Sequence record: OZ035813.1
Origin: Kayfunavirus LM33P1
Length of the DNA stretch: 38,979 nucleotides
Reading direction: 5' to 3' (one strand)
This document shows positions 16,316 to 25,540 of this stretch, in pieces; position 1 is the first letter of the stretch; each line of letters begins with the position of its first letter. A program made the translations under genes and the position numbers. The notes beneath the pieces are model-generated. The model was not told where the DNA came from. It ran no database searches and saw nothing but the letters and a program-made list of their open reading frames with translations.

Positions 16316-16480
16316 GTGTTAAAGAAACTTAAAGCTCGCTACCATCGGTTCATGTACAAATGGTGGAGCGACGAAGCAACCTGCCTGTCGAACATTCTGG
16401 GAGACCAGCGGTTCAACTCTGAGGCATGGAAGAAAGCTAACCGGAAGTTCATGTATCACTTCTTGCGTACAGACTTCTAG
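16316..16480 (+). CDS. hypothetical small protein
   Basis: 54-codon ORF with GTG start 6 nt after GGAGGA, between the primase-helicase and DNA polymerase genes. Confidence 0.3.
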   Translation: MLKKLKARYHRFMYKWWSDEATCLSNILGDQRFNSEAWKKANRKFMYHFLRTDF

Positions 16481-16526
16481 GTCTAGACTCAAGGTCATTC
16501 ACATAGAGTGGCCTTTATGATTAGAC
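16481..16526 (+). promoter_or_regulatory. RNase III-like processing hairpin upstream of the DNA polymerase gene
   Basis: same conserved core with outer stem GTCTA/TAGAC. Confidence 0.4.
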
Positions 16527-16543
16527 TAAACGGAGGATTAACC

Positions 16544-18715
16544 ATGTTTGACCTTAAGAGTATCTGGGGTTCTGACATCGAGACCAACGGTCTCCTTGAT
16601 ACAGTCTCCCAGTTTCACTGTGGGGTCCTGATTAACGCCGAGTCGAATGAGACCCTTAAGTATGGGGTAGCTCCGATGGTCGGTATCGTCGGTGGCTTCA
16701 AAGAGTATGTGCAGAAGGTGGAAGAGATTGCCGCATCACCTGATGGTATGCTGGTATTCCACAACGGTATCAACTATGACGTCCCGGCTATTGACAAGCT
16801 GAAGCGTCTGTACTTCGGGAAACGCTTTAACTTCCCGAAACACAAGATGATTGATACCTTGGTGCTGGGTCGCTTGATGTATCCCAACATTAAGTTCTCA
16901 GACATGGGCGCAGTGAAAGCTGGTCGTCTGCCACCTAAGATGATGGGACGCCAGTCTCTTGAGGCTTGGGGCTATCGTCTCGGTGAGATGAAAGGTGAGT
17001 ACAAACACGATTACGTTGCCAAGTGCAAGGCTGAAGGTATCGAATATAAGGCTGGGGACGAATGGTTGTTCCCGTCTCAGGAGATGCTAGACTATAACGT
17101 TCAAGACGTTGTGGTCACACTGGCGTTGTTCAAGAAGTTCCTGACTGACAAGTATTACTTCCAGTCTGAACAGTTCGCTTTCGACCAGATTTATGCGTTG
17201 CGTCTGGAACATGATGCTGCGTGGACCTGTGCGAAGATGGAACGTAACGGCTATCCGATGAACACCGAGATGGTCGAAGGCTTATATCGTGAACTCACCG
17301 TCAAACGTGCAGAGCTGCTGGACAAGCTGCGTTCGACTTTCGGTAGCTGGTACGCACCAAAGGGCGGAAAGGAGTTCTTCAAGCACCCACGGACAGGCAA
17401 GGACCTTCCGAAGTATCCGAGAGTCGTGTATCCTAAGGTCGGTGGCATCTTTAAGAAGCCGAAGAACAAAGCTCAACGCTTAGGTCTTGAACCCTGTGAA
17501 CGCGATACGCGAGACACGATGGAGGGAGCACCATTCACGCCAATCACTTACGTTGAGTTTAATCCGGGAAGCGGAGACCACTTAGCGAAAGTCTTGATGG
17601 AGCGTGGCTGGGAGCCTGTGGACTTCACTGACACCGGGAAACCTGTAGTCGATGACGAGACGTTGGAACACGTTAAGTTACCAGACGCAGAGGCTCAGGC
17701 TTGCGTAGAGCTGGTCCGTGAGTATCTGGTAGTCCAGAAGCGCATCGGTCAGGCGGCTGAAGGTAAGAACGCATGGTTGAAACTTGTAGGTCAAGACGGA
17801 CGTATGCACGGTTCAATCAACCCATGCGGGGCAGTAACCGGACGTGCGACCCATAGTGCACCAAACATGGCTCAGGTACCTGCTAACGGTGCTCCGTATG
17901 GTGAGACTTGCCGTGGTGCTTTCGGTGCAGCGTGGAACAAGAAGGACGGCAAGCCAGACCCTTGGGTTCAAGTAGGCGTGGATGCTTCAGGTCTTGAGCT
18001 TCGTTGTCTGGGGAACCGAGCGGCACCGTTTGATGGTGGCGACTATGCTAAGACTGTGGTAGAAGGCGACATCCACTGGGCCAACGCAGTCAACGCTGGG
18101 TTAGCACCTAACGTCCCACGCGACAAGTCGAGCCATGACCACGATGCTTTCCGTAATAACGCCAAGACGTTCATCTATGCGTTCCTGTATGGCGCAGGGG
18201 CCGCTAAGATTGGACTGATAGTTGGTGGTGGTAAGAAGGAAGGTGCGGCCCTGATGAAGAAATTCATTGAGGGTACACCAGCTATCAAGGACCTCAGGGA
18301 AGCTGTGAGTAATACGTTAATCTCAGACTCTAAGTGGGTGGACGGAGAGAACATCGTTAAGTGGAAACGCCGTTGGCTGCGTGGACTTGATGGTCGCCGT
18401 ATCCACATCCGGTCTCCACACTCAGCACTGAACGCATTACTTCAAGGTGATGGTGCGGTAGTCTGTAAGACTTGGTTCACTTGGCTGGAGCGTAACCTCG
18501 AAGCTAAGGGCTATGTTCACGGGTGGGATGGGGACTTTGCGATTATGGCATTTGTCCACGATGAAGTTCAGGTTGCTGCCCGCACCATGGAGATTGCTGA
18601 GGACATCGTTAAGGTTGCTCAGTCCACGATGCGCGAGGTGGGTGAGTTCTATCAGTTTAAATGCGTATTGGACACCGAGGGCAAGATAGGCCCTACGTGG
18701 AAAGAATGCCACTAA
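16544..18715 (+). CDS. DNA polymerase (gp5)
   Basis: about 723 aa from ATG 16544 (SD GGAGGA); exonuclease motif SDIETNGL, polymerase motifs RDNAKTFIYAFLYGAG, HDEVQV; matches T7 gp5 over its length. Confidence 0.95.
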   Translation: MFDLKSIWGSDIETNGLLDTVSQFHCGVLINAESNETLKYGVAPMVGIVGGFKEYVQKVEEIAASPDGMLVFHNGINYDVPAIDKLKRLYFGKRFNFPKHKMIDTLVLGRLMYPNIKFSDMGAVKAGRLPPKMMGRQSLEAWGYRLGEMKGEYKHDYVAKCKAEGIEYKAGDEWLFPSQEMLDYNVQDVVVTLALFKKFLTDKYYFQSEQFAFDQIYALRLEHDAAWTCAKMERNGYPMNTEMVEGLYRELTVKRAELLDKLRSTFGSWYAPKGGKEFFKHPRTGKDLPKYPRVVYPKVGGIFKKPKNKAQRLGLEPCERDTRDTMEGAPFTPITYVEFNPGSGDHLAKVLMERGWEPVDFTDTGKPVVDDETLEHVKLPDAEAQACVELVREYLVVQKRIGQAAEGKNAWLKLVGQDGRMHGSINPCGAVTGRATHSAPNMAQVPANGAPYGETCRGAFGAAWNKKDGKPDPWVQVGVDASGLELRCLGNRAAPFDGGDYAKTVVEGDIHWANAVNAGLAPNVPRDKSSHDHDAFRNNAKTFIYAFLYGAGAAKIGLIVGGGKKEGAALMKKFIEGTPAIKDLREAVSNTLISDSKWVDGENIVKWKRRWLRGLDGRRIHIRSPHSALNALLQGDGAVVCKTWFTWLERNLEAKGYVHGWDGDFAIMAFVHDEVQVAARTMEIAEDIVKVAQSTMREVGEFYQFKCVLDTEGKIGPTWKECH

Positions 18716-18725
18716 GGAGGTGCAG

Positions 18726-19034
18726 ATGGGCGGTGTAGCCACTCTCCGCTTCCACAAGATGCCTACGGGTTGTATCGTTTGTGTATCCCACCGTAGAAAT
18801 CAGGATGGGTACTTTCGGTATACTGTAGGCTCTGCCCGTAAGCCGGGACGTAAAGCGTTTATGTTTCACCGCTGGGTCTGGGAGCAACAGGTCGGACCGA
18901 TTCCTGAGGGATTCGAGATAGACCATTTGTGTTTAAACCGTGGGTGCTGTAACATTGAGCACTTGCAGTGTATTGACGGGACCGAGCATACTGTCAAGAC
19001 CAACCGTGAGCGGAAGCTCATCAAGAAGAAATAA
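18726..19034 (+). CDS. HNH endonuclease (homing-endonuclease-like)
   Basis: 102 aa from ATG 18726 (SD AGGAGG); motif EIDHLCLNRGCCNIEHLQ typical of HNH nucleases. Confidence 0.8.
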   Translation: MGGVATLRFHKMPTGCIVCVSHRRNQDGYFRYTVGSARKPGRKAFMFHRWVWEQQVGPIPEGFEIDHLCLNRGCCNIEHLQCIDGTEHTVKTNRERKLIKKK

Positions 19035-19045
19035 GGAGAAAGCTA

Positions 19046-19345
19046 ATGGCTATGACCAAACGCGCTATCGTAAGTTTCAACCTTAAGGCTGTACTTCCTA
19101 CAGACCAAGAGGAAATCATCATTGGTGGTCTGCGTGAGCTGGCTAAGAGCGTTAACTCAGGTGAAATCGAGCCTGACGGTAAGCAGCGCCATATGTTGAC
19201 CCTGTGGCTAACAGAAGGTATGGACTCGGTGATTGAGTTCGTTCTGCGCGCTAGCTTACGGTCAATGGTTAAAGATGCTGTACAGGAATATTCAGACTCA
19301 GAGTTCTTCAGTGTCTCACCAGCCACCGTGAGGTTCAAACAATGA
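19046..19345 (+). CDS. gp5.5-like protein (H-NS binding family)
   Basis: 99 aa starting MAMTKR, ending SPATVR..., strong resemblance to T7 gp5.5. Confidence 0.8.
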   Translation: MAMTKRAIVSFNLKAVLPTDQEEIIIGGLRELAKSVNSGEIEPDGKQRHMLTLWLTEGMDSVIEFVLRASLRSMVKDAVQEYSDSEFFSVSPATVRFKQ

Positions 19346-19551
19346 GTGAATACTTACGGGTCCTAGCGGCCCTCAAGTCCTGCCCGAAGACCTTCCAGTC
19401 CAACTATGTGCGCAACAACGCTGCACTTGTGGCTGAGGCTGCGAGTCGTGGACATCTAAGCTGCCTGTCTATGGATGGGCGTAACAACGGTGCGTGGGAG
19501 ATTACCGCTGCTGGCACCAAGTTCCTGAACCAACACGGAGGATGCCTGTGA
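19342..19551 (+). CDS. gp5.7-like protein
   Basis: 69 aa; MSEYLRVLAALKSCPKTFQSNYVRNNAALVAEAASRGH nearly identical to T7 gp5.7. Confidence 0.8.
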   Translation: MSEYLRVLAALKSCPKTFQSNYVRNNAALVAEAASRGHLSCLSMDGRNNGAWEITAAGTKFLNQHGGCL

Positions 19552-20414
19552 GCGAAAAGAAAATAGCTCTGGTGCTAGACGGTGACTACTTAGTGTTCTC
19601 TTCTATGGCTGCTGCCGAGGACGAGACAGACTGGGGTGATGGCATCTGGACCCTTATCTGCGACCATGAGAAGGCTCGTCGTATCCTTGAGAACACCATC
19701 GCTGAAATCGTTAAGAAGCGTAAGGCGTGGAAAGACGCTAAGATTGTGATGTGCTTTACTGACGATAACAACTGGCGTAAGGACGTGCTACCTACCTATA
19801 AGGCCAACCGTAAAGGTTCTCGCAAGCCTGTAGGTTACAAGAAGTTCGTAGCCGAAGTGATGGCTGACCCACGGTTCAACAGCTTCCTACGTCCTACACT
19901 TGAGGGTGATGACTGTATGGGTATCATCGGGACACGACCTCAGATTGTAGGCTGTGACCATGCTGTTCTGGTGTCCTGCGATAAGGACTTCAAGACCATC
20001 CCGAACTGTGAGTTCTTCTGGTTAACCACTGGTGAAATTCTAAGTCATACTACTGCTGAGGCAGACTACTGGCACATGGAGCAGACCATCAAGGGTGACA
20101 CTACAGATGGCTACGGTGGCATTCCGGGGATGGGCGAGGATACTACTCGTGCGTTCCTTGACGAGCCGTACTACTTCGTGCAGGAGAGCCGTGAGCTTAA
20201 GACTGGCAAGAACAAAGGCCAGATTAAGACTGAGTGGAAGAAGTATCCTAAGCGTGAAGACATGACGCTGTGGGACTGCATGGTGACTCTGGCTGCTAAA
20301 GCTGGGATGACCGAGGAGGAACTTCTGGTCCAAGCTCAGGTAGCTCGTATTTGTCGAGCCTCCGACTACGACCCTACGTCCAAGGAGGTCATCCTATGGA
20401 CACCATCCATGTAA
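19548..20414 (+). CDS. 5'-3' exonuclease (gp6)
   Basis: homology to T7 gp6 (YKANRK, KPVGY, SCDKDFKTIPNC, TIKGDTTDGY); start placed at GTG 19548 (6 nt after GGAGG); in-frame ATG at 19542 has no spacer. Confidence 0.88.
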   Translation: MSEKKIALVLDGDYLVFSSMAAAEDETDWGDGIWTLICDHEKARRILENTIAEIVKKRKAWKDAKIVMCFTDDNNWRKDVLPTYKANRKGSRKPVGYKKFVAEVMADPRFNSFLRPTLEGDDCMGIIGTRPQIVGCDHAVLVSCDKDFKTIPNCEFFWLTTGEILSHTTAEADYWHMEQTIKGDTTDGYGGIPGMGEDTTRAFLDEPYYFVQESRELKTGKNKGQIKTEWKKYPKREDMTLWDCMVTLAAKAGMTEEELLVQAQVARICRASDYDPTSKEVILWTPSM

Positions 20415-20488
20415 TTTACTGGGTCGGACTTCTGGCCCTTTACTGCATGTACAAGTGGTTCGGGTCGAACAACCGTCCTAAACACTGA
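20396..20488 (+). CDS. small hydrophobic peptide (gene 6.3 position)
   Basis: 30-aa ORF with AAGGAGGT SD overlapping the end of gp6. Confidence 0.3.
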   Translation: MDTIHVIYWVGLLALYCMYKWFGSNNRPKH

Positions 20489-20540
20489 GTCTAACCGATA
20501 GTCATATCCTATCAATCCAATAGTCATCCATAGGTGAAAC

Positions 20541-20563
20541 ACTAAACTATCACTATAGGGACT
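20541..20563 (+). promoter_or_regulatory. phage RNAP promoter (phi6.5-like)
   Basis: ACTAAACTATCACTATAGGGACT; +1 at 20558. Confidence 0.75.
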
Positions 20564-20624
20564 TTAGGACCTAAGATATGACTATAAGATAGACTTTAGT
20601 CTTAACTTAAAGAGGAGATTCAAG

Positions 20625-20897
20625 ATGGCGATTAATGCTATTGAAAACGTTGTTAAGCAGTTACAGGAAGAAAGACTTGATGTCCCGAACATCTCCCAGT
20701 CTGCCATCCAGTTCATGCACGTACTGTTCAACGCAAGCTACGCTGAGAAGACTGGAGCTATCAGTCTCCTCAAGCAGCAAGGCTACAGCGATGCGTTCAT
20801 TGCCGGATTCATCAAGGGTCTCCAGTATTGTTCTGACACTCTCGACTCTGCGATTGCTATGCGTCGTGAGCTGAAAGATACCGTTCAGTTCGATTAA
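20625..20897 (+). CDS. hypothetical protein (gene 6.5 position)
   Basis: 90-aa ORF downstream of a phage promoter. Confidence 0.6.
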   Translation: MAINAIENVVKQLQEERLDVPNISQSAIQFMHVLFNASYAEKTGAISLLKQQGYSDAFIAGFIKGLQYCSDTLDSAIAMRRELKDTVQFD

Positions 20898-20911
20898 CTG
20901 TAGGAGGGACT

Positions 20912-21136
20912 ATGTGTTTCAGTCCAAAGATTAGCACTCCGAAGCCTTCGGTCCAAGCGCCTGAACCAGCACCTCTGAGTGAGGAGGTTGCGTCAGTTGA
21001 CATCGGGGCTGAATCGGATGTGGACACCAACGAGACCAAAGGTATCAAAGACCTTAAGGTTAAGAAGGAGTCTGCACCTAAAGATAAATCGTCAGTGAGT
21101 CGCGCTATGCGAGCCTCTGGCGTAAACATGGGGTAA
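20912..21136 (+). CDS. gp6.7-like virion protein
   Basis: 74 aa starting MCFSPKI as T7 gp6.7; VEPAPL-like segment. Confidence 0.7.
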   Translation: MCFSPKISTPKPSVQAPEPAPLSEEVASVDIGAESDVDTNETKGIKDLKVKKESAPKDKSSVSRAMRASGVNMG

Positions 21137-21140
21137 GACA

Positions 21141-21563
21141 ATGCTACCATATCTCAACTCACGCGAAGGTCGCCACATGTGCGCCTGCCGCCTCTGGGAA
21201 GACGGGCAGTCTAACTTCAAGTCATTCGAGGACTTCAAGGCTCATACTTACCGTATTGCTGACGAGTTCGACGGTGAAGAGTACACAATCTACGATGTCT
21301 CAGGTCAACCAGTAGCGTATCTCTACATGCTGGCTACCACATCTTGGCACCGACCGACTCCCGGTCTTGACCTTTCAATCGTCGCTATTCGTCGTGACTC
21401 GCAGTCCTCCCGCAAGGTTCTTGAGACTGTCAGGTACATCATAGACGAAGAGTGCAAGCGTTGGGGTCTTGGCTGGTATTCTCGTGTCAAGCATGTTTCC
21501 GGGTCGGTAGACATCGTAACAACCAAGTGCGTTAGCGCGAACAAGGAGATTAACCGTGGGTAA
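21141..21563 (+). CDS. hypothetical protein (gene 7 position)
   Basis: 140-aa ORF with conserved gene order. Confidence 0.6.
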   Translation: MLPYLNSREGRHMCACRLWEDGQSNFKSFEDFKAHTYRIADEFDGEEYTIYDVSGQPVAYLYMLATTSWHRPTPGLDLSIVAIRRDSQSSRKVLETVRYIIDEECKRWGLGWYSRVKHVSGSVDIVTTKCVSANKEINRG

Positions 21564-21804
21564 ATCAATCAGTAAGGCCTTCAGTAAAGTAGTAAAAGGT
21601 GCTTTAGGGACCGTTGGTCTTGGTTCTAACGATGCACCTAAGGTTGTTGAGGCTCAGACCCCAGCAGCACCAGTGGAAGTACCGAACGACAAAGTGGAGG
21701 ATGTGGATACTGAAACAACCGCATCTGACGAGAAGAAAGTGAAGCGCTCCGGTAAGCGTAGCCTTCAGGTCTCTCGTACATCTGGTGGCGGTATTTCTAT
21801 ATAA
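21556..21804 (+). CDS. gp7.3-like tail/host-range protein
   Basis: 82 aa; starts MGK, ends KRSLQVSRTSGGGISI resembling the T7 gp7.3 C-terminus. Confidence 0.7.
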   Translation: MGKSISKAFSKVVKGALGTVGLGSNDAPKVVEAQTPAAPVEVPNDKVEDVDTETTASDEKKVKRSGKRSLQVSRTSGGGISI

Positions 21805-21815
21805 GGAGGTGACGA

Positions 21816-23384
21816 ATGGCTGAACGTGAAGGGTTCGCTGCTGAAGGCGCTAAGTCAGTTTATGATAGATTGAAGAACGGACGACAGCCTTACGAGACCC
21901 GCGCACAGAACTGTGCTGCTGTCACTATCCCGTCACTGTTTCCTAAGGAATCAGACAACTCGTCTACTGAATATACCACTCCGTGGCAAGCTGTAGGTGC
22001 TCGCTGCTTGAACAACTTGGCTGCAAAGCTGATGTTGGCGTTATTCCCTCAGTCACCGTGGATGCGACTGACAGTCTCCGAATATGAGGCCAAGACCTTG
22101 AGTCAGGACTCAGAGGCTGCTGCTCGTGTTGACGAAGGGCTTGCTATGGTCGAGCGTGTGTTGATGGCCTACATGGAGACTAACAGTTTCCGTGTGCCAT
22201 TGTTCGAAGCTCTGAAGCAGCTTATCGTCTCCGGTAACTGTCTGCTTTACATTCCAGAGCCTGAACAGGGTACTTACAGTCCGATGCGGATGTACCGCTT
22301 AGTGTCTTACGTTGTTCAACGTGATGCGTTCGGTAACATCTTGCAGATTGTGACTCTCGACAAGGTAGCTTTCAGTGCTCTACCGGAAGACGTGAAGTCT
22401 CAACTCAATGCAGACGACTATGAGCCTGACACCGAGCTTGAAGTGTATACGCACATCTACCGTCAAGACGACGAGTATCTACGCTACGAGGAAGTGGAAG
22501 GGATTGAGGTAGCAGGGACCGATGGTTCCTACCCGCTGACTGCATGTCCGTACATCCCGGTACGAATGGTTCGACTGGATGGTGAAGACTACGGTCGTTC
22601 TTACTGCGAGGAGTATCTGGGCGACCTTAACTCGCTGGAGACGATTACAGAAGCTATCACCAAAATGGCTAAGGTAGCCTCCAAGGTGGTGGGACTCGTT
22701 AACCCGAACGGTATCACGCAACCTCGACGTCTGAACAAGGCGGCTACAGGTGAGTTCGTGGCTGGTCGCGTTGAGGACATCAACTTCCTGCAACTGACGA
22801 AAGGTCAGGACTTTACGATTGCCAAGTCGGTGGCTGACGCTATAGAGCAACGTTTAGGCTGGGCCTTCCTTCTTAATAGTGCTGTTCAGCGTAATGCCGA
22901 GCGGGTCACTGCTGAAGAGATTCGTTATGTTGCTGGCGAACTGGAGGCGACCTTAGGTGGCGTGTACTCAGTACAATCACAAGAGCTTCAGTTGCCTATC
23001 GTCCGTGTGCTGATGAACCAGCTTCAGTCTGCTGGCATGATTCCTGACCTTCCGAAAGAAGCGGTAGAGCCTACGGTCTCCACTGGTCTTGAAGCGTTAG
23101 GCCGTGGTCAAGACTTAGAGAAGCTGACTCAGGCAGTCAACATGATGACCGGGCTACAGCCTCTGGCTCAGGACCCAGACATTAACTTGCCGACCCTGAA
23201 GCTGCGACTGCTGAATGCCTTAGGCATTGACACCGCTGGTCTACTCCTTACGCAGGACGAGAAGATTCAGCGCATGGCTGAACAGTCGTCTCAACAGGCA
23301 GTAGTCCAAGGTGCTGGTGCTGCTGGTGCCAACATGGGCGCTGCTGTAGGTCAGGGAGCTGGTGAGGACATGGCTCAAGCCTAA
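21816..23384 (+). CDS. portal (head-to-tail connector) protein (gp8)
   Basis: 522 aa; extensive match to T7 gp8 (ERLKNGRQPYETRAQNCA, YRLVSYVVQRDAFGN, RSYCEEYLGDL, RVTAEEIRYVAGELE). Confidence 0.95.
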   Translation: MAEREGFAAEGAKSVYDRLKNGRQPYETRAQNCAAVTIPSLFPKESDNSSTEYTTPWQAVGARCLNNLAAKLMLALFPQSPWMRLTVSEYEAKTLSQDSEAAARVDEGLAMVERVLMAYMETNSFRVPLFEALKQLIVSGNCLLYIPEPEQGTYSPMRMYRLVSYVVQRDAFGNILQIVTLDKVAFSALPEDVKSQLNADDYEPDTELEVYTHIYRQDDEYLRYEEVEGIEVAGTDGSYPLTACPYIPVRMVRLDGEDYGRSYCEEYLGDLNSLETITEAITKMAKVASKVVGLVNPNGITQPRRLNKAATGEFVAGRVEDINFLQLTKGQDFTIAKSVADAIEQRLGWAFLLNSAVQRNAERVTAEEIRYVAGELEATLGGVYSVQSQELQLPIVRVLMNQLQSAGMIPDLPKEAVEPTVSTGLEALGRGQDLEKLTQAVNMMTGLQPLAQDPDINLPTLKLRLLNALGIDTAGLLLTQDEKIQRMAEQSSQQAVVQGAGAAGANMGAAVGQGAGEDMAQA

Positions 23385-23402
23385 ACTATCACTATAGGAA
23401 CA
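23380..23402 (+). promoter_or_regulatory. phage RNAP promoter (phi9-like)
   Basis: CCTAAACTATCACTATAGGAACA; +1 at 23397. Confidence 0.75.
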
Positions 23403-23478
23403 ACACCGTAAGTCCAACTCTAGGTGAGTCAACTAGACGAGGCAGGTGTTACCTATTAACTACCAAAGGAGAGACTTA

Positions 23479-24363
23479 ATGTCCCAATCAGTTTATGCCG
23501 AGTTCGGCGTTAGTCCTAATGCAATCACTGGTTCCGTTGAGGACCTGAACGAACACCAGAAGTCTATGCTTGAACAGGACGTAGCTGTTCGTGATGGCGA
23601 TGACGCTATTACCTTCAAGCAACTGGAAGCCGAAAACGAAGAGGCTACCGAAGAAGACGAGAACGTCGAAGAGACTGAAGGTGAAGAAGACCACGAGTCA
23701 GATGATGAAGAGTCTGAGACCGATGGTGAGCAGCCGGAGTTCATCGAACTAGGTGATGCGCCGAAAGAGCTGACTGAAAGTGTCACCGCTCTGGATGAAA
23801 ACGAAGCTGCATTCGACGACATGGTGTCTTCTGCTGTAGAAGCTGGCAAGGTCACTGCTGATGAAATTACCGCTATCAAGGCTGAATACGCCAAGGACGG
23901 TAAGCTGTCTGACGCATCCTACGCTAAGTTGCAGGAAGCAGGTTACACAAAGCGTTTCGTAGATTCGTTTGTCCGTGGTCAGGAAGCTCTGGCTGAACAG
24001 TATGCTGCTGGTGTGGTTCGCTACGCTGGTGGTGCTGAACAGTTTAATCGCATCCTGTCACACCTTGAGTCCAACGACCCGTCAACTCGTGAAGCATTGG
24101 AAGCTGCCATCGTTCGTAAGGACATTGCGACTACCAAAGCTCTGCTGAATCTGGCTGGCAAGACTCTGGGTAAAGCTGTAGGCGTTAAACCTCAGCGTAC
24201 CATCACCAATCAGGCTAAACCTGTGGTTGCACCTAAGGCTCCTCAGACCGAAGCATTCAGCTCCAAGGCTGACATGATTAAGGCTATGAGTGACCCGCGA
24301 TACCTGCGTGACGCTAAGTACACGATGGAAGTTCGAGCTAAGGTAGCTGCCTCAAGCCTGTAG
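23479..24363 (+). CDS. capsid assembly scaffolding protein (gp9)
   Basis: 294 aa from ATG 23479; highly acidic; AMSDPRY and FVRGQEALAEQY match T7 gp9. Confidence 0.9.
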   Translation: MSQSVYAEFGVSPNAITGSVEDLNEHQKSMLEQDVAVRDGDDAITFKQLEAENEEATEEDENVEETEGEEDHESDDEESETDGEQPEFIELGDAPKELTESVTALDENEAAFDDMVSSAVEAGKVTADEITAIKAEYAKDGKLSDASYAKLQEAGYTKRFVDSFVRGQEALAEQYAAGVVRYAGGAEQFNRILSHLESNDPSTREALEAAIVRKDIATTKALLNLAGKTLGKAVGVKPQRTITNQAKPVVAPKAPQTEAFSSKADMIKAMSDPRYLRDAKYTMEVRAKVAASSL

Positions 24364-24364
24364 G

Positions 24365-24387
24365 ACTAAACTATCACTATAGGGAGA
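24365..24387 (+). promoter_or_regulatory. phage RNAP promoter (phi10-like, full consensus)
   Basis: ACTAAACTATCACTATAGGGAGA upstream of the capsid gene; +1 at 24382. Confidence 0.85.
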
Positions 24388-24490
24388 CCAAGAGACAGAC
24401 TCAAGGTTTCCCCTATTACTTAAGTCCATACGGATTGGGCGTACAGTAAGTAATAAACTTTATTTTTCAATTGAATAGGAGAATTATCAT

Positions 24491-25540
24491 ATGGCAAACG
24501 TTCCGGGTCAGAAAGTTGGTACAGACCAAGGTAAAGGCAACTCTGGTTCCGACGCTCTGGCGTTGTTCCTGAAGGTATTTGCTGGCGAAGTCCTGACCGC
24601 ATTCACTCGCCGCTCTGTAACTGCTGACAAGCATATTGTCCGTACCATTCAGAACGGTAAGTCTGCTCAGTTCCCGGTCATGGGTCGCACCTCTGGTGTG
24701 TATCTGGCTCCGGGTGAGAGACTGTCCGATAAGCGTAAAGGTATCAAACATACCGAGAAAGTGATTACCATTGATGGTCTGCTGACTGCCGATGTGATGA
24801 TTTTCGACATTGAAGACGCGATGAACCACTATGACGTGGCTGGTGAGTATTCCAACCAGTTGGGTGAAGCTCTGGCTATCGCTGCCGATGGTGCGGTACT
24901 GGCTGAGATGGCTATTCTGTGTAACCTACCGGCTGCATCTGATGAAAACATCGCTGGTCTTGGCAAAGCGTCTGTGCTGGAAGTTGGTACTAAAGCAGAC
25001 CTGAACACTCCGGCTAAGCTGGGTGAAGCAATCATCGGTCAACTGACCATTGCTCGTGCGAAGCTGACATCCAACTACGTTCCTGCTGGCGACCGTTACT
25101 TCTACACCACGCCGGACAACTACTCTGCAATCCTCGCGGCTCTGATGCCGAACGCTGCTAACTATGCTGCGCTGATTGACCCAGAGACTGGTAACATCCG
25201 TAACGTAATGGGCTTCGTGGTTGTTGAAGTTCCACACTTGACTCAGGGTGGTGCTGGGGAAACTCGTGGTGCCGATGGTATCACTATTGCGACTGGTCAG
25301 AAGCACGCCTTCCCAGCTACTGCTACTGGTGATGTTAAAGTTGCTCTGGACAACGTTGTGGGCCTGTTCTCTCACCGTTCTGCTGTAGGTACTGTTAAGC
25401 TGCGTGACTTGGCGCTGGAACGTGACCGTGACGTCGATGCTCAGGGCGACCTGATTGTTGGTAAGTACGCTATGGGTCACGGTGGTCTGCGTCCAGAAGC
25501 AGCAGGCGCACTGGTTTTCACAGCGGCGTCAGCGGGTTAA
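24491..25540 (+). CDS. major capsid protein (gp10A)
   Basis: 349 aa; near-identity to T7 gp10A in many blocks (KHTEKVITIDGLLTADV, AILAALMPNAANYAALIDPE, RSAVGTVKLRDLALER, KYAMGHGGLRPEAAGA). Confidence 0.95.
   Translation: MANVPGQKVGTDQGKGNSGSDALALFLKVFAGEVLTAFTRRSVTADKHIVRTIQNGKSAQFPVMGRTSGVYLAPGERLSDKRKGIKHTEKVITIDGLLTADVMIFDIEDAMNHYDVAGEYSNQLGEALAIAADGAVLAEMAILCNLPAASDENIAGLGKASVLEVGTKADLNTPAKLGEAIIGQLTIARAKLTSNYVPAGDRYFYTTPDNYSAILAALMPNAANYAALIDPETGNIRNVMGFVVVEVPHLTQGGAGETRGADGITIATGQKHAFPATATGDVKVALDNVVGLFSHRSAVGTVKLRDLALERDRDVDAQGDLIVGKYAMGHGGLRPEAAGALVFTAASAG

Noticed and set aside
19494-19547. Upstream extension of the exonuclease ORF (start at 19494 as in the ORF track)
   Set aside because: The extension overlaps the gp5.7 coding end and has no SD; GTG 19548 (or ATG 19542) downstream of GGAGGA fits the T7 gp6 N-terminus better.
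23493-23894. 133-aa minus-strand ORF inside the scaffold gene
   Set aside because: Serine-rich low-complexity translation produced by the complement of the acidic scaffold codons; no expression signals.
24926-25480. 184-aa minus-strand ORF inside the major capsid gene
   Set aside because: Lies antisense within a highly conserved capsid coding sequence; most likely a chance open frame.
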